Of a stretch of DNA of 64,000 nucleotides, positions 53,958 through 62,378 are shown piece by piece (the stretch's first letter is position 1; the number at the start of each line of letters is the position of its first letter). This DNA is from an uncultured Gemmatimonadota bacterium (GTDB lineage: Bacteria > JAAXHH01). The notes beneath the pieces are model-generated. The model worked only from the letters and a program-made list of their open reading frames with translations. It was not told where the DNA came from and made no database searches. Location: positions 3,680,001 to 3,744,000 of the forward strand of contig OX638340.1 of NCBI GenBank assembly GCA_951812955.1. Direction: 5' to 3'. The position numbers and the translations under genes are program-made.

Positions 53958-56807
53958 ATGTCCCTTCGCTCTTCCCATTCCTCTCAACCGTACGGCTACC
54001 CGCCCCTTGCACGTTCCTTCTATGCGATCCAACCTGAAACGCAGACCGGGGCGCATACCGGCCCGTTCACCGTCGTGCCCGTTCTGCGGGGCGAGGTCCT
54101 GGAAGCGTGCGCCGGACTCGGCCTGGAAGAGATTCGGGACATGGCCCGCGACCGGGCGGACGGCGCCTATCTCGTGGTCTGCGATCCGAGCACCGAACTC
54201 GCGGAACGGCTCTGGCAGATCGCGGCCGGTCTCGACTCGTTCGTATTGGATGTAAGGCTTCTCGCACGGATTCTGCTACCCGGGCTGAAAGACTACGAGC
54301 CGGCCACGGTGGCGGCATGCTTCGACGCGGCCCAGCCGCGCGGACAGGACGCTGCAGACGCTGGCCGCATGACGGCCTGGAACTGCCTGAAGCTTAGCGG
54401 TCTGCTATCGGACATGGACGCGGATACGTTGGAGACCCTGGTACGCCTGTCGGAGGGCGGGGGAACCGGTTTGGAACGGGTGCTCGCCGAGACCCGAAGC
54501 GCCAGGGCGACGACGGAGCGCACCGAACCGGACGCCGGGGATATCCGGCGTAACCTGCCTTTCGATCCCGGCACGCATTCCATCGGGGAGGGTTCATGCG
54601 ACCCCGGCGAGGAATCCGAAGCGCCCGACCCGCTTGACGTGGACGAGTTGGCCGGCCTGTTCGAAGAGGGCGGTCATTTTGAAAGCCGCATGGAAGGTTT
54701 CGAGCAGCGGCCGCAGCAGGTATCCATGGTCCGCGGGATCGCCAGGGCATTCAACGACGGCGAGGTATTCGTGGTAGAAGCGGGCACGGGCACCGGGAAA
54801 TCGCTCTCCTATCTGACGCCGGCCCTGCTGTGGGCCGTGCGGAATGGCCTGCGCGTAATCGTATCCACCAACACCAGGAATCTGCAGGAGCAACTTTTTT
54901 ACAAGGATCTGCCCTTCCTGCTGGACAACCTGGGGGTGCCCTTCAGCGCCACGCTGCTCAAGGGCCGGTCGAACTATCTGTGTCTGGACCGCTGGCGGCA
55001 GGTGATCCGGCGTCCGGAGGATCATCTCACACCGGAAGAACGGGAGGCCGCGATTCCCCTGGTGGTGTGGGCACGTGGGACGAATACGGGTGACGTCGCC
55101 GAACACGCGGGATTCAACACGGGAGCGAACCGCGGGCTTTGGGAGAAAATCAACGGGGAAGGGAGCGCCTGTCCCCGGTGCGCGGTCAAGGATGCGTGTT
55201 TCGTCAATCGGGCCAGGGCGGCCGCCCTCACCTCCCACGTCGTCATCGTCAATCATGCGCTGCTGTTCTCCGACCTGGAGGCCGACCACGCCGTGCTGTC
55301 CCGCTACACCCATCTCGTTGTCGACGAAGCCCACAATCTCGAACGGGCGGCCGTGCAACACCTGACCCTGGAAATCGGAGGCTGGCGCCTGCGCAACTCG
55401 CTGCGCAGGATATACTCCGCCGATCTCGGCGGAACCGGCGTGCTGGCCGGATTGGAGAGGCTGGCCACCCGGGCCGCCGAGAACCAGGAATGGAAGAGCC
55501 CGCTCGCTGCGGGCGTCCACCTGACCATCGACCGCCTGGCGGAGATGAACAGGAGGATCGAGACATTCTTCCGAGTGGCCGGCGAGGAAGCGCTGGACCG
55601 GTCCGAGGAGGAGGCGGACCGGACCCCCGGCCGATTGCCCGGGAGGACAAAGCTAAGGTACCGGGCCGATGACGGCTATACCCGGGTGCTGAGGTCGTCG
55701 TCGCGGGACCTCATCGCGTGTTGCGCGAGTCTGAATGAAGCCCTCGGACTCCTGCAGGGAACGCTTCAATCCGTTCCCGATTCCTGGTTGGAAGACCGTG
55801 AAGAGAGAATGGATGCGATACAGGCCGCCGCGGATTTCTGTCTGGAAATCGAAGAGCGTGTTTCCATACTCACCGAAGCCGAAGATGAAGCGCGGGTTTA
55901 CTGGGTGGAAGCCACGCGAGGTCAACCCCTGTCCTGCGTCCTTACGGGCGCGCCGCTCAGGGTGGCGGAACGGTTGCACGACGGTCTCTTCGACCGGATG
56001 CGGACCGTCGTGCTCACCTCGGCGACGCTGGCGGTGGGAGACCGGTTCGACTACCAGGTCGAAAGACTGGGACTCGACCGGGTTCCGGATGGGCGGTTGC
56101 GGGTCCAGGGTATCGGTTCGCCCTTCGACTACGAGGACCAGGTGATGATCGGCGTGCCCTCGGTTTTTCCATCTCCCAGATCCGGGGCTTTTCAGGCAGC
56201 GATCAGCAGGCTCATCCTGGATCTGGTCGTTTCCACGAGGCGCAGCACACTGGTCCTTTTCACCTCTTACAGCCAGTTGAACCGCACCTTCCAGGACATC
56301 GAATCGCCCCTCGCGGAACACGGCGTGGTTGTGATGGCGCAAGGGACGTCCGGGCCGCGGACCGTGCTGCTGGATCGTTTCAGAAGGACCGCCGCCGCCG
56401 TATTGCTGGGCACCGACAGCTTCTGGGAAGGGGTCGACGTGCCAGGCAAGTCGCTCGAGGTGGTCGTGATGGTAAAATTGCCTTTCGCCGTGCCGAGCGA
56501 ACCGCTGGTACAGGCCCAGATGGAGAGACTGGAAGAAGCCGGCCGCAACAGCTTTCTGGAGTACCAGGTGCCGGAGGCCGTCATCAAATTCAGGCAGGGC
56601 TTCGGCCGGCTCATCCGGTCGACGAGAGACTACGGCGTCGTAACGATTCTGGACCAGCGTGTGATCAGCACGACTTATGGACACCAGTTTCTCCATGCCC
56701 TTCCCGCGAGGTCGGAGGTTTTTCCCGACGCCGACGCCCTCGTGGAACGCGTGGCTTACTGGTTCAAGGCCCGTGAGAAACGGAAGACCGGCGGGATCCG
56801 GCCATAA
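53958..56807 (+). CDS. DinG-family ATP-dependent helicase (Rad3-related, Fe-S) with ~250-aa N-terminal extension
   Basis: Walker A AGTGTGKS. A four-Cys Fe-S cluster region (YLCLDRW...CPRCAVKDACFVNR). DEAH box VVDEAHNL. C-terminal helicase motifs. The N-terminal domain lacks the DEDD exonuclease motifs. Confidence 0.8.
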   Translation: MSLRSSHSSQPYGYPPLARSFYAIQPETQTGAHTGPFTVVPVLRGEVLEACAGLGLEEIRDMARDRADGAYLVVCDPSTELAERLWQIAAGLDSFVLDVRLLARILLPGLKDYEPATVAACFDAAQPRGQDAADAGRMTAWNCLKLSGLLSDMDADTLETLVRLSEGGGTGLERVLAETRSARATTERTEPDAGDIRRNLPFDPGTHSIGEGSCDPGEESEAPDPLDVDELAGLFEEGGHFESRMEGFEQRPQQVSMVRGIARAFNDGEVFVVEAGTGTGKSLSYLTPALLWAVRNGLRVIVSTNTRNLQEQLFYKDLPFLLDNLGVPFSATLLKGRSNYLCLDRWRQVIRRPEDHLTPEEREAAIPLVVWARGTNTGDVAEHAGFNTGANRGLWEKINGEGSACPRCAVKDACFVNRARAAALTSHVVIVNHALLFSDLEADHAVLSRYTHLVVDEAHNLERAAVQHLTLEIGGWRLRNSLRRIYSADLGGTGVLAGLERLATRAAENQEWKSPLAAGVHLTIDRLAEMNRRIETFFRVAGEEALDRSEEEADRTPGRLPGRTKLRYRADDGYTRVLRSSSRDLIACCASLNEALGLLQGTLQSVPDSWLEDREERMDAIQAAADFCLEIEERVSILTEAEDEARVYWVEATRGQPLSCVLTGAPLRVAERLHDGLFDRMRTVVLTSATLAVGDRFDYQVERLGLDRVPDGRLRVQGIGSPFDYEDQVMIGVPSVFPSPRSGAFQAAISRLILDLVVSTRRSTLVLFTSYSQLNRTFQDIESPLAEHGVVVMAQGTSGPRTVLLDRFRRTAAAVLLGTDSFWEGVDVPGKSLEVVVMVKLPFAVPSEPLVQAQMERLEEAGRNSFLEYQVPEAVIKFRQGFGRLIRSTRDYGVVTILDQRVISTTYGHQFLHALPARSEVFPDADALVERVAYWFKAREKRKTGGIRP

Positions 56808-56867
56808 CCGGATCATCGACCGGTGATTCGAGGAAGGCGAAATTTGAATCAGAGGAATGCAGGTCCC

Positions 56868-57734
56868 ATGTCCGTGCTCGGTGCCATTGGCGTGTATGGC
56901 AGGATGATCAAGCTTTCACACAGCGTCTTCGCGCTGCCCTTTGCGCTGGCCGGCGCCGCGCTCGCCGCCAGGAGTCATGGGGTCGAATGGCAACAGCTGG
57001 CGTGGATCGTCGTCGCCATGGTGGCTGCACGGAGCGCGGCCATGGGGTTCAACCGGCTCGCCGACCGCGGGATGGACGCCAGGAATCCCCGCACGAGCAA
57101 CAGGGCGCTGCCGAAGGGATGGATTTCACCTCGCACCGTTGCCGTCATCGTGGGGGTATGCGGCGCGCTTTTCGTCTTTTCGGCCTACCAGCTCAATCCG
57201 CTGTGTCTGAAACTGTCGCCGCTTGCCCTGCTGGTGATTCTGTCCTACTCTTATTTCAAGCGGTTCACCTGGGCAACCCACCTGGTCCTGGGTCTCGCGC
57301 TCGGTATTGCGCCCGTCGGCGCGTGGATCGCCGTGACCGGCACTTTTGACACTGCGCCGCTCTGGCTTTCGGCGGCCGTGTTGACCTGGGTGGCGGGCTT
57401 CGATATAATATACGCTTGCCAGGACTATGATTTCGACGTGTCGCACGGCGTGCACTCGATTCCCCGTCGTATCGGAATCCGTCCGGCACTTCTGGCGGCC
57501 CGCCTGCTTCACGGGGCCACTGCCCTGGCCTTGCTGGCAGTCCACCAGGTTTTCGAGCTGCACGCGCTATATCTGATCGGCACCGCCCTGGCCATAGGGA
57601 TTCTGGTATATGAACACACGCTCGTCAAGTCGGACGATCTTTCGAAAATAGATGTCGCTTTTTTCAATACGAACGGTCTCGTCAGCGTCGTCTATCTCGC
57701 TTTCCTGCTGGGCGATATCCTGTGGCCGATATGA
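56868..57734 (+). CDS. UbiA-family aromatic prenyltransferase (quinone biosynthesis; UbiA/MqnP-like)
   Basis: ~9 TM, with NRLADRGMDARNPRT and YACQDYDFD Asp-rich motifs of the UbiA superfamily. Clustered with ubiE and ubiX homologues. Confidence 0.8.
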   Translation: MSVLGAIGVYGRMIKLSHSVFALPFALAGAALAARSHGVEWQQLAWIVVAMVAARSAAMGFNRLADRGMDARNPRTSNRALPKGWISPRTVAVIVGVCGALFVFSAYQLNPLCLKLSPLALLVILSYSYFKRFTWATHLVLGLALGIAPVGAWIAVTGTFDTAPLWLSAAVLTWVAGFDIIYACQDYDFDVSHGVHSIPRRIGIRPALLAARLLHGATALALLAVHQVFELHALYLIGTALAIGILVYEHTLVKSDDLSKIDVAFFNTNGLVSVVYLAFLLGDILWPI

Positions 57735-58444
57735 GTACCGATGACGAAAAATCCCGGCGCATCCGCAGCATGTTCGATCGCATCGGGCGCAGGTACGACC
57801 TGCTCAATCACCTGCTGAGCGGATACAGCGACATCCTGTGGCGCAGGTCCGCCGTTCGCGCGCTGGACGCTTCCGCGGGGGACCTGCTGCTCGACGTGGG
57901 CATCGGTACGGGTGACCTGGCGCTCGAAGCGCTGAAGGGCAAGCGGCAACCGCGGTTGATCATCGGGGTGGACACAGCACTGCAGATGATGGGGATCGGC
58001 CGGAAGAAGACGGTAGATTCCGCGAGGCAGACCATCAGATTCGTCGGTGGCCGCGCCGAATCACTTCCCCTGCGGTCCGGCGTCTTCGACGGCGCAATGG
58101 TGGCTTTCGGCGTACGGAATTTTACCGACTGCGCCGCGGGTCTGAGGTGCATGTGGCGCGTGTTGAAGCCCGGGGGCAGGCTGGTGGTGCTGGAGCTGTC
58201 CGTACCCCGGAATCCGGTGATTCGCCCCCTGTACCACCTCTACGCCAGGTACGTAATGCCGTGGGTCGGCGGTCTAATCTCGGGAGACGCGGAGGCCTAC
58301 CGGTACCTTCAGGTTTCAGTGGAAGCGTTCCCGGAGCGTGAGCGTTTCCGAACGCTCATGGAAGGGGCGGGATTCGTAGACACGGGCTGGCGTGATCTGT
58401 CACTCGGCGCAGCTACAGTTTACTGGGGGGAGAAGCGCATATGA
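57722..58444 (+). CDS. ubiE: Ubiquinone/menaquinone biosynthesis C-methyltransferase
   Basis: MFDRIGRRYDLLNHLLS...LDVGIGTGD is the UbiE/MenG signature and SAM motif I. Confidence 0.85.
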   Translation: MADMSTDDEKSRRIRSMFDRIGRRYDLLNHLLSGYSDILWRRSAVRALDASAGDLLLDVGIGTGDLALEALKGKRQPRLIIGVDTALQMMGIGRKKTVDSARQTIRFVGGRAESLPLRSGVFDGAMVAFGVRNFTDCAAGLRCMWRVLKPGGRLVVLELSVPRNPVIRPLYHLYARYVMPWVGGLISGDAEAYRYLQVSVEAFPERERFRTLMEGAGFVDTGWRDLSLGAATVYWGEKRI

Positions 58445-59064
58445 AACATGTCATCGTCGCCGTTACGGGTGCAAGCGGCGGACTGTACGCCCTTCGGCTT
58501 CTGCGCGCGTTGCTGGCCGGCGGACATCGGGTCAGCGTCATAATGTCCGGTTTCGGCCGGTACGTGCTCCGAGAAGAGACCGGCCTGGGAGCGGGTGACG
58601 AACTGCAGGACAGGCTGGCGGGGCTCTATGGCGACGCGGTGATGAAAGGCGACCTCACGGAATACAAAATCGGCGACCTGGCGGCTTCGATCGCAAGCGG
58701 GTCCGTACACACCGATGGGATGGTCGTCATACCCTGCTCGATGAAAACGCTGTCCGCCATCACCCATGGCGCTTCTTCGTCACTGATCGAAAGGGCCGCG
58801 GATGTCACGCTGAAAGAGAACCGTCCCCTCGTGCTGGTGCCCAGGGAAACGCCGCTGAACATTATCCACCTTCGCAACCTGCTCGCCGCCGCGGAGGCGG
58901 GGGCCCGTATCGTGCCGGCCATGCCGGCGTTCTACCAGAAGCCTTCCACCTTCGATGACCTGGCCGATTTCATCGCGGGAAGGGTGCTGAACCTGCTTGG
59001 CATGGACCAGCAACTCTTTTCGCCCTGGGACGCACCGTCGGGCGGCAAGGAGCCCGCGGGATGA
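58441..59064 (+). CDS. ubiX: Flavin prenyltransferase UbiX family
   Basis: MKHVIVAVTGASGGLYALRLLRALL...IPCSMKTLSAI is the UbiX/Pad1 family pattern. Confidence 0.85.
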   Translation: MKHVIVAVTGASGGLYALRLLRALLAGGHRVSVIMSGFGRYVLREETGLGAGDELQDRLAGLYGDAVMKGDLTEYKIGDLAASIASGSVHTDGMVVIPCSMKTLSAITHGASSSLIERAADVTLKENRPLVLVPRETPLNIIHLRNLLAAAEAGARIVPAMPAFYQKPSTFDDLADFIAGRVLNLLGMDQQLFSPWDAPSGGKEPAG

Positions 59065-59720
59065 AAGACCAGGACATCCACCGGATGATCTCCATACTGG
59101 AAGACGAGACCTCCACGTGGACCGAAACCGCATTGACGCTGGTGGCCGAGCAGACCCGGCACGATCCATTCCGCATTCTGATCGGCACCGTGCTCAGTCT
59201 CAGGACGAAGGACGAGACGACCGCGGCGGCCTGTGAGCGCCTGTTCGCGCTGGCCGCGGATCCGGCCGCCATGCTGGTCCTTTCCGAAGACGACGTGGAC
59301 GGGGCCATTTATCCCGTGGGGTTTCATGCCACGAAAGCAAGCAACATCCTGCGGATCTGCCGGATCCTCGTGGATGCGTACCGCGGCGTCGTGCCGGACG
59401 ATATCGACACCCTGGTCAAGCTGCCCGGCGTGGGCAGGAAGACCGCCAATCTCGTGGTCACTATCGGTTTCGGCAAGCCGGGCATCTGCGTCGATACGCA
59501 TGTGCACCGCATCTCCAACCGCTGGGGATACATTTCCACCCGAAATCCGGACCAGTCGGAATTCGCGTTAAGAGAGAAGTTGCCATCGGAATACTGGATT
59601 AGGTATAATGATCTGCTCGTCATGTATGGCCAGAACTTGTGCAAACCCGTTTCGCCCTTCTGCAGCCGTTGCCGCCTGTCCCGGTTCTGCGACCGGGTCG
59701 GCGTGGGAAAACACAGATGA
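59061..59720 (+). CDS. nth: Endonuclease III (HhH-GPD, [4Fe-4S])
   Basis: HhH motif LPGVGRKTANLV, catalytic Asp, and the C-terminal C-x6-C-x2-C-x5-C cluster (CKPVSPFCSRCRLSRFC). Confidence 0.85.
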   Translation: MKDQDIHRMISILEDETSTWTETALTLVAEQTRHDPFRILIGTVLSLRTKDETTAAACERLFALAADPAAMLVLSEDDVDGAIYPVGFHATKASNILRICRILVDAYRGVVPDDIDTLVKLPGVGRKTANLVVTIGFGKPGICVDTHVHRISNRWGYISTRNPDQSEFALREKLPSEYWIRYNDLLVMYGQNLCKPVSPFCSRCRLSRFCDRVGVGKHR

Positions 59721-59762
59721 CGGCGGAATCCGGGCACCCGGTTCCATGGAGGTATTGAATCA

Positions 59763-60731
59763 ATGGATGGTTTACTGAATACGCCGCGGGGACTCGGCCG
59801 CGCGCCTCATATCATCGCGGCGTTGTCCGTACCGGTTAGCGAAGCGGGCGATATCGACTTCGACGTCTTCGCCCAGGACCTCGAGCGGACGGCGCAATAC
59901 GGCATCGAACCCGCGGTGCTCATGGATACCTACCAGATCAACCATTGCACGCGGGATCAACAGGTCAAGGGGCTTGAGATCACCCGGGAAGTCATGAACG
60001 GTAGAGCGTTTACGGCAGGTGTATATGTCGAGGACGAGATCAGGGGTGACGGAATCGAGGACATCATCCGCGCGTACCGGGAGAAAATCGAGCAGCTTGA
60101 ACAACAATACGGCGCATGCCCGATCGTTTTTCAAACCGAGCGATTGAAGCACGCCGACGCCTCCACCGTCATACGCGTTTACGAGGGTCTCGCCGAAAAC
60201 TCGCGAGGCGGCCTGAAGGCATTCGAACTCAGCCCGGTGTTCGCGCCGAACGGCTGGATGTTTCCGGATGACGCGCTGATCGAAATCCTGGCCGGTGACA
60301 AATGGGCTGGCGCGAAGCATTCCTCCCTCGATCCGTCCAAGGAGTGGGCGCTGCTCCGGAAGATCCATCGAATCGGAAAGAAACTGTACACGGGGAACGA
60401 CTACGATTTCGCGTCCATGATATACTATGGGAGCGACGCGCTACTGGGTATCGCGACTTTCATGCCCGACAAGTTCAGGGAACTTTCGGATGCCTTGCAG
60501 GACGGCGACCTTGCGCGGTACCTCGACCTGGGGAGCAGGATGGAATTCCTGGGACGGGTCGCGTTCCAGCCGCCCGTGCCGGCCTACAAGCACAGCGCGG
60601 CCATGGTGAAGAAGATGCGCGGTTGGTATCCCACGGATGATGTGCTGCCCGGTAATCCCCTGCGGCGGGACGAGGCGCACCGGGAAGGGTTGCGGAAAGC
60701 CCTGGAAATCCTGGAAATTCCCTGCGCCTGA
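59763..60731 (+). CDS. Hypothetical protein, possibly DapA-like TIM-barrel fold (DUF993-like)
   Basis: 322 aa, balanced composition, no recognisable catalytic motif. The assignment is weak. Confidence 0.4.
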   Translation: MDGLLNTPRGLGRAPHIIAALSVPVSEAGDIDFDVFAQDLERTAQYGIEPAVLMDTYQINHCTRDQQVKGLEITREVMNGRAFTAGVYVEDEIRGDGIEDIIRAYREKIEQLEQQYGACPIVFQTERLKHADASTVIRVYEGLAENSRGGLKAFELSPVFAPNGWMFPDDALIEILAGDKWAGAKHSSLDPSKEWALLRKIHRIGKKLYTGNDYDFASMIYYGSDALLGIATFMPDKFRELSDALQDGDLARYLDLGSRMEFLGRVAFQPPVPAYKHSAAMVKKMRGWYPTDDVLPGNPLRRDEAHREGLRKALEILEIPCA

Positions 60732-60738
60732 ACGATTG

Positions 60739-62016
60739 CTACCGGCGAGTGTACCGCGCCAGGAGACTCGATATCTCCCGGGTCAGTTCGCTCGTCTTGT
60801 CGTCGCCGCACGAAAGCGTGCTTTCCAGCGCGTCCGCCAGGCCGGCGATCTCATCGCAAAAGGCCTTGTGTTCCTGGGCATGTCTTGCCAGGGCCGCGCG
60901 CAGATCAGCGAGGATTTCCACCGTCTTCGCACCGGGATCGACGGGATCCATCGTGGATGACGCTTGTTCTTCGTCTTCCCCTGCTTCCGCGTCATCCTCG
61001 GTTGCTCGTGCTGCCGTGTCTTCCATATCTTCCCCTGCTTCCGCGTCATCCTCGGTTGCTCGTGCAGATGCGTCTACCTCGTCTACCTGCGCCACTGCGT
61101 CATGCTCGTCTACCCCAGCCACCACGTCTTCCTCCGAAGCCCCGGTCTCATCACCCTCCGGGAATGCTTGCCCCTCGTCGGCGTATCCTATTGCGGATTC
61201 CGGGGCGGACACGGATTCCTGTCCTGGCTCGTCCGTCAAATCGGTCCGGTCGCCGGGTGTACCCTGACCTGCCGGTTCGGCGACGCCGCTGAACGAATAC
61301 GTATCAACGGCCTCCCGTGCATATAAGTCTCCGTCGACTTCCTCTGGCGCTTCATCCGCAATATCACCGTTGGTCACTACTCCGGCGGCCTCCACGGTCT
61401 CTGCAGTTTCCGCCTCGTCCCGCACTTCCTCGGCTTCGATTTCCTCTGGCGCTTCATCCGCAATATCACCGTTGGTCACTACTCCGGCGGCCTCCACGGT
61501 CTCTGCAGTTTCCGCCTCGTCCCGCACTTCCTCGGCTTCGATTTCCTCTGGCGCTTCATCCGCAATATCACCGTTGGTCACTACTCCGGCGGCCTCCACG
61601 GTCTCTGCAGTTTCCGCCTCGTCCCGCGTTACGCTGGCTTCGACTTCCCCAGGCGTTTCATCCGCGATATCAGTTCGTGTTTCCACTTCGGCGGCGTCCG
61701 CGGTCTCTGCAGTTTCCGCCTCGTCCCGGCCGTATACGGTTGCCGTCTCGTCGACAGACTCGGTTAAAGGCTCGGTATGGTCCGGCGCCCGGCCGTATTG
61801 CCGGCGCGGCGTACCGTTGGAATCCGGACGCTCCGGCGCCGGTTCGCCGGTCCGGGAATGCATAAACAGATCGATGGACTCCCTGGACACGAAGTATCTG
61901 CCGTCCTCCAGGTAGTACTCCAGCTTTCCTTCTACGCACATTCGCGTCACCTGGTCGGGCAACTGCTTCATCAAGTCCGCAGTTTCCAGCAAGGTCATCC
62001 ACTGCGTTTCCGCCAT
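60739..62016 (-). CDS. Excisionase-type HTH domain protein with long acidic tandem-repeat region
   Basis: The N-terminus (WMTLLETADLMKQLPDQVTRMCVEGKLEYYLEDGRYFVSRESIDLFM) fits the HTH_17/excisionase pattern. Then ~300 aa that are >35% D/E, containing 34-aa x3(+1) repeats EAETAETVEAAGVVTNGDIADEAPEEIEAEEVRD and 18-aa x2 repeats ARATEDDAEAGED. There is a helical C-terminal ~60 aa. Confidence 0.65.
   Translation of the reverse strand: MAETQWMTLLETADLMKQLPDQVTRMCVEGKLEYYLEDGRYFVSRESIDLFMHSRTGEPAPERPDSNGTPRRQYGRAPDHTEPLTESVDETATVYGRDEAETAETADAAEVETRTDIADETPGEVEASVTRDEAETAETVEAAGVVTNGDIADEAPEEIEAEEVRDEAETAETVEAAGVVTNGDIADEAPEEIEAEEVRDEAETAETVEAAGVVTNGDIADEAPEEVDGDLYAREAVDTYSFSGVAEPAGQGTPGDRTDLTDEPGQESVSAPESAIGYADEGQAFPEGDETGASEEDVVAGVDEHDAVAQVDEVDASARATEDDAEAGEDMEDTAARATEDDAEAGEDEEQASSTMDPVDPGAKTVEILADLRAALARHAQEHKAFCDEIAGLADALESTLSCGDDKTSELTREISSLLARYTRR
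60968..61066. repeat. 54-bp tandem repeat x2 within acidic protein gene
   Basis: The core cttcccctgcttccgcgtcatcctcggttgctcgtgc occurs at ~60975 and ~61029. Confidence 0.8.
61339..61741. repeat. 102-bp tandem repeat, 3 near-perfect copies plus 1 degenerate copy, within acidic protein gene
   Basis: The unit ttcctctggcgcttcatccgcaatatcaccgttggtcactactccggcggcctccacggtctctgcagtttccgcctcgtcccgcacttcctcggcttcgat starts at 61339, 61441 and 61543. A degenerate copy occupies ~61645-61741. Confidence 0.9.
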
Positions 62017-62096
62017 CTTCTCCTCCTGCGCTTATGATCTACTGCCTGTACGCTGGTGTTCCAGCCGCCTTCCGAGTACAGACCATCCGCTCCGGT

Positions 62097-62378
62097 CTAG
62101 AAAACCTCTCCGGCTACCTGCCTGCCGTCGATTCGCAACTGCAATCTAATGCTCAACAACGCTTTTGCAAATACTTCCACGCGGTAGTCGTCGGTCCCGA
62201 TCCGGAGATTCGTGCTCAAAATGCGCGTTTTTCGAAGCGATACGCGTCGGATGCTCCGGTCCCTGCAGACTCCGTCGATGTAAAGCCGGGCGTCCTGGGT
62301 CCAGGTGCTGAATACCCTGATTTCGTGGCCTTTGAATTCCGCCCTGCACTCGACGCCGTCCGGGTCAGACATGTACAT
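62097..62378 (-). CDS. Small hypothetical protein (93 aa), translationally coupled to DUF2851 gene
   Basis: The stop of the upstream gene and this start form TGAATG. Composition is balanced, with an internal two-fold sequence echo (RLYIDGVCRD / RIDGRQVAGE). Confidence 0.45.
   Translation of the reverse strand: MYMSDPDGVECRAEFKGHEIRVFSTWTQDARLYIDGVCRDRSIRRVSLRKTRILSTNLRIGTDDYRVEVFAKALLSIRLQLRIDGRQVAGEVF

Noticed and set aside
53418-56816. Minus-strand ORFs 53418..54056, 54594..55520 and 55653..56816 opposite the DUF4249 and DinG genes
   Set aside because: Rejected as antisense shadows with biased composition.
61317-61915. + strand ORFs 61317..61865 and 61370..61915 with their own internal repeats (…ALHPQYHRWSLLRRPPRSLQFPPRPALPRLRFPL… x3)
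   Set aside because: Rejected as an antisense reading of the 102-bp tandem repeats in the acidic protein gene. The repetition is inherited from the DNA repeats. The minus-strand frame has a plausible HTH N-terminus and a proper C-terminal domain.
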